A stretch of 64,000 bases of DNA from Saprospiraceae bacterium UBA1994 (GCA_002335865.1 DDCY01000030.1:183-64182), one strand, 5' to 3'; numbered from the stretch's first letter, positions 10,202-21,062 are shown. Numbers and translations are program-made. The notes: generated from the sequence alone by a model not told the origin.

Positions 10202-10234
10202 GAGAAGCGAAGATTATGATAATTCACTTCAAAT

Positions 10235-10318
10235 GCCAATGTGGTGGAATTGGTAGACACGACGGACTCAAAATCCGTTGCTAGCAATAGTGTGAGGGTT
10301 CGAGTCCCTCCATTGGTA
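10235..10318 (+). tRNA. tRNA-Leu (anticodon CAA), type II with long variable arm
   Basis: The acceptor stem GCCAATG/CATTGGT pairs correctly. The anticodon loop is CT-CAA-AA, the long variable arm is GCTAGCAATAGTGTG, and the T-arm is GGGTTCGAGTCCC. CCA is not encoded. Confidence 0.9.
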
Positions 10319-10326
10319 CAAAAAAG

Positions 10327-10363
10327 GCCGCAAATCCATATAGAATTAGGTTTGCGGCTTTTT
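10327..10363 (+). terminator. Rho-independent terminator after tRNA-Leu
   Basis: An 8-bp stem GCCGCAAA/TTTGCGGC is followed by TTTTT. Confidence 0.75.
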
Positions 10364-10444
10364 AAATTATTATGATTCCAGCATAGTGTGAGTAAATGGT
10401 TGGACACTCTAGAATTATTAAGATTAAAGAACCGTTACATCTAT

Positions 10445-11107
10445 ATGAACATAAAGACAAGTATATCAATCTTCGTTATAGCGATCAGTTCAATCTTCTT
10501 ATCATTTTCACCTCCCAGCTACAAGATAGCGTTGCTCAAGTACAATGGAGGTGGTGACTGGTATGCCAATCCTACAGCACTTACCAATCTAGCGTCATTT
10601 TGTAATCAACTTATGATCACTAGTATAGATCCGGATTATGCTACAGTAGAAGTAGGTAGTATTGAAGTATTCAACTTTCCATTTCTACATATGACAGGCC
10701 ACGGTAACGTAGTTTTCTCTGATATGGAAGCAGAAAATCTAAGGACATATCTAATTTCTGGAGGCTTTCTACATATAGATGATAATTTTGGTATGGATCC
10801 TTATATAAGACCAGCTATGAAGAAGGTTTTTCCTGAGTTAGAGTTTGTAGAGTTGCCATTTAATCATCAGATCTATCACCAAGTATATGATTTTCCTTCT
10901 GGATTGCCTAAGATCCACAAACATGACGACAAACCTGCTCAAGGTCTAGGTCTCATCTATGAAGGCAGAGTAGTTTGCTTTTATAGCTATGAGAGTGATC
11001 TAGGTGATGGATGGGAAGATCAATCAGTTCATAAAGATCCTCAGTCTATTAGACTCAAAGCATTACAAATGGGAGCAAATATCTTGAAGTACGCGTTTGA
11101 AAGTTAG
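10445..11107 (+). CDS. DUF4159-like protein
   Basis: Starting at ATG 10445 gives an N-terminal hydrophobic segment. 'YNGGGDWYANPTALTNL' and 'GGFLHIDDNFGMD' resemble DUF4159. The upstream part of the ORF-track ORF overlaps the tRNA terminator. Confidence 0.5.
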   Translation: MNIKTSISIFVIAISSIFLSFSPPSYKIALLKYNGGGDWYANPTALTNLASFCNQLMITSIDPDYATVEVGSIEVFNFPFLHMTGHGNVVFSDMEAENLRTYLISGGFLHIDDNFGMDPYIRPAMKKVFPELEFVELPFNHQIYHQVYDFPSGLPKIHKHDDKPAQGLGLIYEGRVVCFYSYESDLGDGWEDQSVHKDPQSIRLKALQMGANILKYAFES

Positions 11108-11178
11108 GAGTTTTCTTTAATATTTCAGCCTACCAATTTCTTTATTATGTCGCATAGTATATTTGGTTTTTGTGTTGA

Positions 11179-11982
11179 TTAGGCTTCCTTACGCCTTGCA
11201 GTTAACTTCCTAAGCATATTAGGCCAAAACCTCTTCATATACAATCCTAAAGACTCTATACTTCCAGCGATTATAATTTCTGGTTTGCCTTTAGCGATTT
11301 GTTTGACAGCACTCTTTGCAAATATTTCTACAGGTATTCCTTTAGCAGTATTGCTATCCATAGATTTTTGTGGGGTACCATCTTTTGTCAATGCATTCAT
11401 AGATATATCAGTCTGTATATAGCCAGGAGTAATGAGTGTAATATCCACCCCAAAACCATCTATTTCTGCCCTCAGACTATCGAAGAATCCATGCAAGGCA
11501 TGTTTGCTGCTAGCATATCCAGATTTCATATATGATCCTAGTTTACCATTGACACTTGTTATGGTGATAACATGTCCGCTTTTCTTAGCGACCATAGAGG
11601 GTAGTAGTAGTTTACTCATATGGATCACTCCAAAATAATTAATGTTCATTAGCTTGTGATATACTTTCATCTCAGTATTTAGAGTCAGTGACCTTTGCGA
11701 TATTCCTGCATTATTGATCAAGATATCTATATGACCATATTGATCTAAAACTTTATTCGTCACACTATCAATCTCACCACTATCGGCCATGTCGAGTAAG
11801 ATAATTTCGCTTTTTTCTGGATTGTGCAAGGCTGCTTTAGTTTCTTCCAGTTTATCTTTTGATCTTGCAGTCAATATCATATACGCACCATGCTTAGATA
11901 ACTCTATAGCTAGTGCCTTTCCGATACCTGATGAAGCTCCAGTGATCCATATTTTCTTATTGTTGTAGTAGGGTATATTCAT
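11179..11982 (-). CDS. Short-chain dehydrogenase/reductase (SDR) family oxidoreductase
   Basis: 'ITGASSGIGKA' (TGxxxGxG), 'NNAG' and 'YASSKHAL' (YxxxK) are present. Confidence 0.85.
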   Translation of the reverse strand: MNIPYYNNKKIWITGASSGIGKALAIELSKHGAYMILTARSKDKLEETKAALHNPEKSEIILLDMADSGEIDSVTNKVLDQYGHIDILINNAGISQRSLTLNTEMKVYHKLMNINYFGVIHMSKLLLPSMVAKKSGHVITITSVNGKLGSYMKSGYASSKHALHGFFDSLRAEIDGFGVDITLITPGYIQTDISMNALTKDGTPQKSMDSNTAKGIPVEIFAKSAVKQIAKGKPEIIIAGSIESLGLYMKRFWPNMLRKLTARRKEA

Positions 11983-12286
11983 ATTATTTTGTTTTCCAAT
12001 TAAGTCTAATCTAGCTCTAGATAATATTGCTTCGAAATTAAATCAAATTGAAATTCGAAACAAGATATGCTTTGATAAATTTTTGTAACAGGAGTTGAAA
12101 AAAAGTATTTTTTCGATATCGAATTATTCGGGAATGGAAGTGAGAAAAGGATTTGTAAGTACAGGTGAGATTGATGTTTTTTCTTTAAAAATAAATTTAT
12201 ATTTTAATACTTTTTATAATGGATCAGATATCGTTACAAGAATTTTTTTAAAGAGATAGGATCTGAAAGAGGTAAGCTATGGTTAA

Positions 12287-12320
12287 AATGAAAAAGCTGA
12301 ACGTCAATTTGACATTCAGC
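12287..12320 (-). terminator. Rho-independent terminator downstream of the POT transporter pair
   Basis: On the minus strand the sequence reads GCTGAATGTC-AAATT-GACGTTCAGC (9 of 10 bp paired), followed by TTTTTCATTTT. Confidence 0.6.
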
Positions 12321-12353
12321 TCTCATTGTAATTTATAAGAAATCAAAATAATA

Positions 12354-14393
12354 TTATTTCACTCCGTGCATTAGTTTTTTGATTACTGGATTTAGAAGTA
12401 TTCCTAAAATTCCAAGACCAATAGGGACCAATGTAAATATTAAGAAGAATGTAGTCATAGAATACTCTGCTGTAATTTCTTCGATACTTCCACCTAATAT
12501 ACCTGCGAGTTTATTACCGCAGGCTATGGCTATATACCATACTCCAAACATTAATGCAATCATTCTACCTGGAACCAATTTACTGATGTAGGATAGTGCA
12601 ACAGGCGAGAGACAGAGCTCTCCTAAGGTATGGAATAAATAGGCTATTACTAACCACATAATACTTACTGTAGCAATTTCTGCTCCTGATGGAATTGTCA
12701 TAGCTCCGAATGCCAATGCACCGAATCCTATTCCTAAGAGTATCAATCCTAATCCGTACTTAGTCGCGGCACTTGGATTGTATTTACTTTCCCACCACTT
12801 AGAAAATAACGGAGCAAACATTATGATAAAGAGTGAATTTAATATACCAAACCAAGTGGCTGGTATTTCCACTTCATTCTCCTTGATACGCTTCACAGTA
12901 GCTTGAATTACAGGAGAGTCTTTTCCAACTTCTGTCGTGAGTTTTCTGGCTCTCGTGGCTTTCTCTTCGTTGAGATAAATGTATTTTCCTCTTACTTCTA
13001 TGATATCTACTTTATCACCTACTGTGAGATTGATAGGTTCGATTATCGTAGCTGATGCATTAGTTATTGTTGCATCTGCTATATTCATAGCTTCGGTAAC
13101 ATTTACCATTTGTGGATCTCCACCATCAGAGGATATTTGTGATATCTGCGGCACATCTAATACTAGTGCATTGGAGTTAAGATCACGATTTATCATCCAT
13201 CCTACGATACCCCATATGATTACAAAACTTGATCCGAGGAATATATTTCCCAATGGATACGAGGCGAATGTTTGTTGGAACAGTTTGAATAGGACATAAG
13301 TAATAATAGCAATAGGCACTACTGTAATAATAATATTTACAACGACAAATATCGTCGCCCAATTATCAGACATTACTCTACCTGTGAATTGCTTAGCGAA
13401 GATGGTCATAGATCCACCAGCCTGCTCAAAACACATCCAAAAAACTACTGTCATTATAGCGAATACTACAATAGCAATCATTCTATCTCTGGTCTGAGTA
13501 GGGTATCTAGTAATTCTTGAAATAAGTAATGTGATAAAAAGTAGGAATCCTACTAATATGTAATATCCAGATATATCAGTTCCTCCCACCTCTAAGAAAC
13601 TAACTCCACCGATTTTTGATATTGGATCATTAATTACCCAAGTTACACCTATAAATGCTGCAACAGCAACCATGATTTTATCTAAAGAGGTAAACGGATT
13701 GTATCTGTCACCTTCAAATTCTAATTTGCCTTCTGGTTTTTCGCCATCTACAGCTTTTGTAACTTCTGGCTTGTCTCCAATATCACCAAATATTTTGCTG
13801 GTAAAGTAAAATTGTAACATACCTAGAAGCATGAAAACTCCTGCCAATCCAAATCCATAAGACCATGATACTTTCTCTCCGATATATCCACAAAGCATAA
13901 TACCCAAAAATGCTCCAGCATTTACTCCCATATAGAATATAGTGTAAGCTCCATCTTTTTTCTCAGGAGTATCTTTATACATTTCTGATATAATAGATGT
14001 TATATTAGGCTTGAAAAAACCATTGCCAATCACCAAACACGCTATACCTATAAACAAGAATATTTTTGAAAATTCCATGGCCATAAATCCATGGCCTAAT
14101 GTCATTATGATAGCTCCAATGACAACAGCCTTTTTGTAGCCTATTTTATTGTCGGCAATCCATCCACCTAGAATCGGTGTGAGATAGACCAAAGCGGTAT
14201 AGGTTCCATAGAGGGATAAGGCTTCTGAACTAGTCCAGTCCCATCCACCTATACCGATAGAGGATATCAAAAATAGTACAAGTATAGCACGCATACCGTA
14301 GTAAGAAAATCGCTCCCACATCTCTGTGAAGAACAGAACCATCAGTCCAGCAGGGTGCCCCATTACCTGGGATTTAAACATATCGTTTTTCAT
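12354..14393 (-). CDS. POT/PTR2 family proton-dependent oligopeptide transporter, long form with about 170-aa insertion
   Basis: 'FFTEMWERFSYYGMRAILVLFL' (ExxERFxYY motif) and 'FKPNITSII' are present. The protein aligns by eye with the neighbouring 516-aa paralogue except for residues ~341-509. Confidence 0.85.
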   Translation of the reverse strand: MKNDMFKSQVMGHPAGLMVLFFTEMWERFSYYGMRAILVLFLISSIGIGGWDWTSSEALSLYGTYTALVYLTPILGGWIADNKIGYKKAVVIGAIIMTLGHGFMAMEFSKIFLFIGIACLVIGNGFFKPNITSIISEMYKDTPEKKDGAYTIFYMGVNAGAFLGIMLCGYIGEKVSWSYGFGLAGVFMLLGMLQFYFTSKIFGDIGDKPEVTKAVDGEKPEGKLEFEGDRYNPFTSLDKIMVAVAAFIGVTWVINDPISKIGGVSFLEVGGTDISGYYILVGFLLFITLLISRITRYPTQTRDRMIAIVVFAIMTVVFWMCFEQAGGSMTIFAKQFTGRVMSDNWATIFVVVNIIITVVPIAIITYVLFKLFQQTFASYPLGNIFLGSSFVIIWGIVGWMINRDLNSNALVLDVPQISQISSDGGDPQMVNVTEAMNIADATITNASATIIEPINLTVGDKVDIIEVRGKYIYLNEEKATRARKLTTEVGKDSPVIQATVKRIKENEVEIPATWFGILNSLFIIMFAPLFSKWWESKYNPSAATKYGLGLILLGIGFGALAFGAMTIPSGAEIATVSIMWLVIAYLFHTLGELCLSPVALSYISKLVPGRMIALMFGVWYIAIACGNKLAGILGGSIEEITAEYSMTTFFLIFTLVPIGLGILGILLNPVIKKLMHGVK

Positions 14394-14478
14394 TGATTAT
14401 ATATTAAGTCAGTTAATTGATTGTTGTAATTTAGTTTAAAGGCTAGGCCTGTCAGTTTTCTTTACATTAAGTTATTTC

Positions 14479-16029
14479 TTAGTCGGCTAGATCAAATCCT
14501 TCTGCCTCTAGGTCTTTTATGATATCATCTTCAGCTCCGTGAGTCAGCCTTTTCAGAGGTTTGATAATTAGGATTACTAATATCCCGAATATCGTACAGA
14601 ATACTGCTATTCCAGTGAATATTTTGAATTCACCTAGAGATCCTGACCATTCACCAAGTAATCCTGCCACTTTATTACCTAATCCAGTTGCTGCAAAATA
14701 TGCACCCATCATAAATGCCACCCAACGCTCTGGAGCAAGTTTTGTAATAAATGAAAGCGCAACAGGTGAAGCACAAAGCTCTCCTATGGTGTGGAAGAGA
14801 TATGCTAATACTAGCCAATGCATTCCAGATTTGTTAAGTATCTCACCTGCAGCATCGTAAGTAACTTCCATACTAGCTTGACTCATAAATAGGAATCCCC
14901 ACCCCATGATGACTACACCTATAGCCATTTTGAATAATGAAGAAGATTCTCTACCTCTAGTTTTCCACCATCCCCAGAACATCCCTACTAGAGTAGCGAA
15001 TACAAGGATGAATATAGCATTCACTGATTGAAACCATGATGCTGGTACGTCAAAGCCACCTAGTGATAGGTTAGTCTTATTTTTTGCATATACGTTCAGT
15101 AGTCCTCCTGCTTGTTCGAATGATCCCCAAAACACTATAATAATAAGAAAAGATAGATACGTAACTAAGATCCTATCTTTTTCGATTTTGTTACCGTCGT
15201 TATATATAACGATACCAATACCAACCGCAAAAGCGATACCTAATACCAACGCTCCATATGACCATCCAGCAGAGATCCATACGTACGCGCTCAAGGAAGC
15301 CGTAATTAAAAATCCTGTAAGTGAGTTTTTATGTTTGAAAATATCCAAAATCAAACTGGGTCGATCTAGTTCTTTTCCATCTTCAGCCACTACGAGATTA
15401 CCAACGTGAGTAAGATATTTCTGCCCCCACATGTAAGTAAGTTGACCGATAACCATACCGATTCCTGCCATACCGAAACCATAATGCCACCCTATATTTT
15501 CTCCTACGTATCCTACAGCAATAGCAGATATTGCTGCTCCAAGGTTGATTCCCATATAGAAAATATAGAAACCCATATCTCTTCTTTGATCTCCTTTAGG
15601 ATACAGTCCTCCGACCATAGTAGATATATTCGGCTTGAGACAGCCCACACCTAAAACTATGAGAAGAAGTCCAGTGTAAAATGCCCAGGGAGCTTCAATG
15701 GCAAGTATTCCATGCCCTAAGCAGAGAAAAATTCCACCGAGGTAAACGGCTTTCTTTTGCCCTAAAAATTTATCTGCTAATATACCTCCGGGTATAGACG
15801 CGACATATACAAACATAGTATACCATCCGTATAATGCATATGCATCACCTTCTGTCCATCCTAGTCCAGGATTGTCTCCTGCTGTAGTAGATACTAAGTA
15901 TAATACTAGTATTGCTCTCATTCCATAATAGGAAAACCGCTCCCACATTTCAGTCAAGAATAAAATAAATAGACCTATTGGATGTCCAAGTAGTTCTTTT
16001 TGTCCTGCAAATGCTGGATTATCTTTCAT
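14479..16029 (-). CDS. POT/PTR2 family proton-dependent di/tripeptide transporter
   Basis: 'FLTEMWERFSYYGMRAILVLYL' and 'LKPNISTMVG' are present. The size (516 aa) and TM-rich pattern are typical of the family. Confidence 0.9.
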   Translation of the reverse strand: MKDNPAFAGQKELLGHPIGLFILFLTEMWERFSYYGMRAILVLYLVSTTAGDNPGLGWTEGDAYALYGWYTMFVYVASIPGGILADKFLGQKKAVYLGGIFLCLGHGILAIEAPWAFYTGLLLIVLGVGCLKPNISTMVGGLYPKGDQRRDMGFYIFYMGINLGAAISAIAVGYVGENIGWHYGFGMAGIGMVIGQLTYMWGQKYLTHVGNLVVAEDGKELDRPSLILDIFKHKNSLTGFLITASLSAYVWISAGWSYGALVLGIAFAVGIGIVIYNDGNKIEKDRILVTYLSFLIIIVFWGSFEQAGGLLNVYAKNKTNLSLGGFDVPASWFQSVNAIFILVFATLVGMFWGWWKTRGRESSSLFKMAIGVVIMGWGFLFMSQASMEVTYDAAGEILNKSGMHWLVLAYLFHTIGELCASPVALSFITKLAPERWVAFMMGAYFAATGLGNKVAGLLGEWSGSLGEFKIFTGIAVFCTIFGILVILIIKPLKRLTHGAEDDIIKDLEAEGFDLAD

Positions 16030-16391
16030 ATTGTTTTGGAATTATAAAGTGTAGATAGTGAACTTGCTAAGACAAGGATGTCTATAGAACCATACTTTTG
16101 GTCGTGTTTCTAGGTCAGTTATCACTTTTAAAATTTGATTAAATAATTAACGAGCAGTTAAAAATAGCCCAATTATTGGGATTGTGTGTAGGTATAGTCA
16201 ATGAAAAGACTATTCGATTATGATAATAAGATCAGAGTGAATGCGTTATAGAATTGTCGAACAAGTAATTATTCTTTTCTAGTACGTTCAGAGCTCGACA
16301 AACTTACTTAATATACTAGTTTACTTATTCAGAGTATAGATTTTTTGTGATAGGCTTTTTTTATTTTTAAACATTAAAAATTTTATTTCCT

Positions 16392-16751
16392 ATGATTTCA
16401 GCAAATAAATTAGAAAATAATATCCTTCAATATACTATAGATGGAGAAGTAAACGATAATGACATTGACGTATTCAATACTATACTCAGAGCCATGTCAA
16501 GTAAGCAAAAGTCTATATTGCTTATTGGTGAAATTAGGAATATGACTAATATTGATGCTATTAAAAATTATTTACGTAACAATGGGGTATCAAAAGCTAT
16601 GACAAAGAAGCTCAAAAAATATGTGTTGATTTGTGACGCAGAAGTTCAAGAATTTTTCAGATCAATGAATACACTCTACTTTAAGAATATTCAGATTGAG
16701 TTTTTTCGATTGGATCAAAGAGAATTGGCTTTGGCGGCAGTACGTACTTGA
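16392..16751 (+). CDS. Hypothetical protein, possibly SpoIIAA-like/STAS-fold (DUF3478-like)
   Basis: A 119 aa protein. The pattern 'ILLIGEIRNM..' ... 'KKYVLICDAEVQEFF' ... 'FFRLDQRELALAAV' resembles SpoIIAA-like family members. This is weak recognition by eye only. Confidence 0.3.
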   Translation: MISANKLENNILQYTIDGEVNDNDIDVFNTILRAMSSKQKSILLIGEIRNMTNIDAIKNYLRNNGVSKAMTKKLKKYVLICDAEVQEFFRSMNTLYFKNIQIEFFRLDQRELALAAVRT

Positions 16752-16911
16752 TTTTTCAACATATTTAGATAATTAAATAAGAGGACAAATTGATTTAATT
16801 CAATTTGTCCTTGTATTATTAAAATTCCCTCTCAACGGAAGTCACGAAGGGAATCTATTTTATATTTGCTAAACAAGCTAAACAGCTTTCTTTATAAAGG
16901 CTCAATCTCAA

Positions 16912-17820
16912 TTAAAATGCCATCAGCATTCTAAATGCCTCTACTCTCTTGTCTATCTGCTCTTGATCTAACTTCTTAAGTCTATCGATAGAGAACTCTT
17001 CTACACAAAATGAAGCCATTGCAGATCCGTAAACAATTGCCTTTTTCATATTATCAAAAGATATATCGTCAGTCTTAGCTAAGTATCCCATAAATCCTCC
17101 GGCAAATGTATCTCCAGCTCCTGTAGGGTCAAATACTTGTGCAAGTGGCATAGCAGGTGCATAGAACATATTACCTTCACTAAACAATAAACATCCATGC
17201 TCACCTTTCTTAATTACTAAGTATTTCGGTCCCATTTTATGTATCGCAGCAGCAGCATTTACTAAAGAATATTCTCCAGTTAGCATACGCGCTTCTTCGT
17301 CATTGATAGTAAGTATATCTACTCTTGCAATAGCTTTTTTTAGGCTGTCAAGTGCAATATCTATCCAGAAATTCATTGTATCCATCGCTACCAGCTTTTG
17401 TGAGCCATCTAGTTGATCTAATACAGAGTTTTGGATATCTGGCGTTAGATTACCCAGCATTACATACTTTGATGACTTGTAGCTCTCCGGAAGCTGAGGA
17501 TCGAAATCTTCTAGTACATTGAGGTCAGTAACTAGAGTATCACGCTGATTCATGTCTTCGTGGTACTTTCCTGCCCAAAAGAAAGTCTTACCATCAGCTT
17601 TGATCTGAAGACCTTCCATATTAACACCTTTATCTTCTAAGGCTTTGATTTCTTCTTGTGGGAAGTCACCACCTACAATAGCGGATAGATTGATATTGTT
17701 AGTAAAGTATGATGCCGCGTGGCTGATATATGTGCATGATCCGCCGATTACCATGTCAGCTTTGCCATGTGGTGTCTCGATTGTGTCAAATGCTAATGTT
17801 CCGATTGTAAGTAAGCTCAT
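16912..17820 (-). CDS. PfkB family carbohydrate kinase
   Basis: The C-terminal 'VFDPTGAGDTFAGGFMGYL' (PfkB signature 2) is present, and the 302 aa length is ribokinase-like. Confidence 0.8.
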   Translation of the reverse strand: MSLLTIGTLAFDTIETPHGKADMVIGGSCTYISHAASYFTNNINLSAIVGGDFPQEEIKALEDKGVNMEGLQIKADGKTFFWAGKYHEDMNQRDTLVTDLNVLEDFDPQLPESYKSSKYVMLGNLTPDIQNSVLDQLDGSQKLVAMDTMNFWIDIALDSLKKAIARVDILTINDEEARMLTGEYSLVNAAAAIHKMGPKYLVIKKGEHGCLLFSEGNMFYAPAMPLAQVFDPTGAGDTFAGGFMGYLAKTDDISFDNMKKAIVYGSAMASFCVEEFSIDRLKKLDQEQIDKRVEAFRMLMAF

Positions 17821-18234
17821 TGTGTGTATAAAGTTGTTATTATTCGAAAATTGATCGCGAAGATAGGGATTTCTATCAAGTTTGCGATATCGAATTGGAC
17901 TGATAGTCGTATGATGAATATTCTAGAATTATTACACTATTGATAAGGTCAAGAACTAAAAGAATGAAGCTCTATTAATTTACTACTAAAGTTGAAATTA
18001 GTTGAATGTAAATTTTAAAACAAAGCAACACCCAATAGCAGAATGTCGCTTACAATTAATTAGTCTAATTTTTATTTTGGTACTATTACTCTTCTAGTGA
18101 GCAATAGATTAGTGGCAGTTATTTTTCAAGAAGTAATCTCTAGATTTAGCACTGTAAACATCAATTTCACTCGCTCGTAATTCTTGTCTAACTACTGAAC
18201 AGTTACGTTTTCTATTCCTCTTTCTAAATATAAA

Positions 18235-18642
18235 TCATCTCCCAAATACAGTAATTAAGGCCTTCTTTTTCGACCTATTCTTAGTATCATACCAGAAGAT
18301 AATATTCTTAATTATTCTTTTTCTGCCATCTATATCTATGATCCTACTAGAAGATCGCTTAGAGAAATTGTGTTTGAGATTGATATTTTCTACTTGCCCA
18401 TTATGATATTCTATTCGCATTTTTTGCATGTTGAGATCTCCTCTAGTTACAGCTAGTTTTAGTTTTGCAAATCTTCCATCTTTAGCGCCTACATGTATTA
18501 CATCTTTATCGAGTTTAAAATCGACAGTTCTACTTCCTAGTCTTTCCCATTTTGATATTGAAGTATCTATGGTAGACGAAGTGAAACCTGAAATACAGAA
18601 AATCACGACAATTGATACGAAGCTATTGACTATGTATTTCAT
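18235..18642 (-). CDS. Hypothetical small secreted protein
   Basis: It has an N-terminal signal-like segment (FVSIVVIFCISGFTSS) and a beta-rich basic body. I cannot recognise a family with confidence; there is a possible DUF2541-like pattern W..LG.R.V. Confidence 0.4.
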   Translation of the reverse strand: MKYIVNSFVSIVVIFCISGFTSSTIDTSISKWERLGSRTVDFKLDKDVIHVGAKDGRFAKLKLAVTRGDLNMQKMRIEYHNGQVENINLKHNFSKRSSSRIIDIDGRKRIIKNIIFWYDTKNRSKKKALITVFGR

Positions 18643-18824
18643 AGTATTAGTTTGTTGATGTTATACTAAGACTATGAATGTTGGTCTAGGTTTAATAGGT
18701 GTAAAAAATATTGCATAATAAAAAAGAGCAACATCCAAAATGGATGCTGCTCTCTAAGTTGTTTTCAAGACTTTATTCTAGTAGTTGTCTAGACGTATTT
18801 TTAGTCGATTATTATTCTTAGCTA

Positions 18825-21005
18825 TTATAATGCTATGAATGGAGCGATAACTAATGCTACCACTGACATAAGTTTTAGTAATATATTAAGTGATGGTCCA
18901 GATGTATCTTTAAATGGATCACCTACAGTGTCTCCTACTACAGTTGCCTTGTGCGCCTCAGAACCTTTATAGTGCATTACACCATCGATTTCCACACCTT
19001 CTTCAAACATCTTCTTAGCGTTATCCCATGCTCCACCTGCGTTAGATTGGAAGATAGCCATAAGTACACCACAAACAGTTACACCTGCAAGAACACCTCC
19101 TAACATTTCTGGTCCACCACCAAATCCAAATATGACTGGAGTAATCACAGCGATAAGTCCTGGAAGAACCATCTCACGAATAGATGCCTGTGTTGATATT
19201 TCTACACACTTACTATATTCTGCTTTTCCGTCAGCTGCTTCGAAAGTAGCTACATCTTCTGCTGACCATTCGCTCTGTTCTTTACCGTCGTACTTTTTCA
19301 TTACAGCTAGTGCTGCTTTGAGTTCTGGAATATCAGCGAATTGTCTTCTAACTTCGTTGATCATATCCATTGCCGCTTTTCCTACTGCGTTCATAGAGAG
19401 AGCAGAGAATAGGAACGGAAGCATACCACCGACAAGTAGACCCGCCATTACTTTGGGCTGAGCGATATCGATAGATTGAATATTAGCCGTAGCCATAAAC
19501 GCTGCGAATAATGCTAATGCAGTCAATGCTGCAGATCCGATTGCAAATCCTTTTCCAATTGCCGCTGTAGTATTACCTACTGCATCTAATTGGTCAGTTC
19601 TCTGTCTTACTTCCTTTGGAAGCTCAGCCATTTCAGCGATACCACCAGCATTATCTGCTACAGGTCCGTATGCATCTACAGCTAATTGGATACCTGTGTT
19701 TGATAACATACCTACAGCTGCGATAGCAATACCATACAATCCAGCAAAGTGATGTGCTCCTAGTATTGCTGCTGCCAATACGATAATTGGTCCTGCAGTA
19801 GAAATCATTCCTACTCCTAAACCGGCAATGATGTTAGTCGCAGCTCCTGTAGTTGATTGTTTTACGATAGACATTACAGGCTTAGTTCCTGTGCCTGTAT
19901 AATGTTCGGTTATTTTACCGATAAGTAAACCTGCAGCTAGTCCACACAATACGGCATAAAATACACCTGTAGCAGTATATTCCGCACCCTTCATTGTCCA
20001 CGTTTCCGGAAACATCCATTGAACTATTAAGAAAGTGGCTATTAACATTAATACAGCAGAAACTAATTCTCCCATATTCAAAGCTTTATGCGGATCACCA
20101 CCATCTTTTACTCTTACGAAGAAAGTACCTATGATAGACGTGAGGATTCCTACTGAAACTAAAATTAAAGGAAGTAGTACGGCATTTAATCCACCAAATT
20201 CATTCGCAGTAACGAATCCTGCTGATCCAATAAGTGTAGCTCCAAGTACCATAGTACCAATAATAGATCCTACATAAGATTCGAATAAATCTGCACCCAT
20301 ACCTGCTACATCACCTACATTATCACCTACGTTATCAGCAATCGTTGCTGGGTTAAGTGGGTGATCTTCAGGGATACCTGCTTCTACTTTACCTACAAGG
20401 TCAGCTCCTACATCCGCAGCCTTAGTATATATACCACCACCTACTCTTGCAAATAATGCGATAGATGATGCACCAAATGAAAATCCTGTCAGTACCGTTA
20501 TTACTCTTGTAACCTGATCTATATTATCTAATCCAAATTGGCTAGAGAATAATAAAAATAGTAGTCCAAGCCCAAATACACCAAGCCCAACAACACCAAG
20601 GCCCATAACGGCTCCACCGGCAAATGCTACTTCTAATGCTTTTCCTAGACTCGTTCTAGCTGCAGCAGTTGTACGTACATTTGCCTTTGTAGCTACTTTC
20701 ATACCAATAAATCCTGCTAAAGCAGAACAGATAGCACCAAGTACAAATGAAAATGCAACTAGTGGTGAAGAAGTATCCGAAGCTGCAGTTAAGCCTAGTA
20801 TAAGAGCTACTATGACTACGAAAATTGCAAGTACTTTATATTCTGCTTTTAGGAATGACATTGCTCCATCACTGATGTGCTTTGCAATTTTTGCCATTTT
20901 TTCTGTTCCTTCATCTTGTTTACTGACCCATCCAGATTTCCAGAATGTAAATAGCAAGGCTATCACACCGAAGACTGGAATAGCCATCATTAAAGTTTGT
21001 CCCAT
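18825..21005 (-). CDS. hppA: Membrane-integral, K+-dependent-type cation-translocating pyrophosphatase
   Basis: '[19 protein letters not shown]', '[21 protein letters not shown]', '[20 protein letters not shown]' and '[18 protein letters not shown]' are hallmark mPPase motifs. Confidence 0.9.
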   Translation of the reverse strand: MGQTLMMAIPVFGVIALLFTFWKSGWVSKQDEGTEKMAKIAKHISDGAMSFLKAEYKVLAIFVVIVALILGLTAASDTSSPLVAFSFVLGAICSALAGFIGMKVATKANVRTTAAARTSLGKALEVAFAGGAVMGLGVVGLGVFGLGLLFLLFSSQFGLDNIDQVTRVITVLTGFSFGASSIALFARVGGGIYTKAADVGADLVGKVEAGIPEDHPLNPATIADNVGDNVGDVAGMGADLFESYVGSIIGTMVLGATLIGSAGFVTANEFGGLNAVLLPLILVSVGILTSIIGTFFVRVKDGGDPHKALNMGELVSAVLMLIATFLIVQWMFPETWTMKGAEYTATGVFYAVLCGLAAGLLIGKITEHYTGTGTKPVMSIVKQSTTGAATNIIAGLGVGMISTAGPIIVLAAAILGAHHFAGLYGIAIAAVGMLSNTGIQLAVDAYGPVADNAGGIAEMAELPKEVRQRTDQLDAVGNTTAAIGKGFAIGSAALTALALFAAFMATANIQSIDIAQPKVMAGLLVGGMLPFLFSALSMNAVGKAAMDMINEVRRQFADIPELKAALAVMKKYDGKEQSEWSAEDVATFEAADGKAEYSKCVEISTQASIREMVLPGLIAVITPVIFGFGGGPEMLGGVLAGVTVCGVLMAIFQSNAGGAWDNAKKMFEEGVEIDGVMHYKGSEAHKATVVGDTVGDPFKDTSGPSLNILLKLMSVVALVIAPFIAL

Positions 21006-21062
21006 TGGTTATTGACTTTTTGTATTAAATTATAAAAATAAATATATATAAAAATAACGCCT

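Noticed and set aside
10198-10407. A 69-aa minus-strand ORF.
   Set aside because: It lies entirely across the tRNA-Leu gene and its terminator. The composition is implausible, and the ORF is a shadow of the RNA gene.
16168-16180. CCCAATTATTGGG, resembling CCCAAATTTGGG at 62079-62090, considered as a dispersed repeat element.
   Set aside because: There are only two short, non-identical copies in 64 kb. That is too little to call a repeat family.
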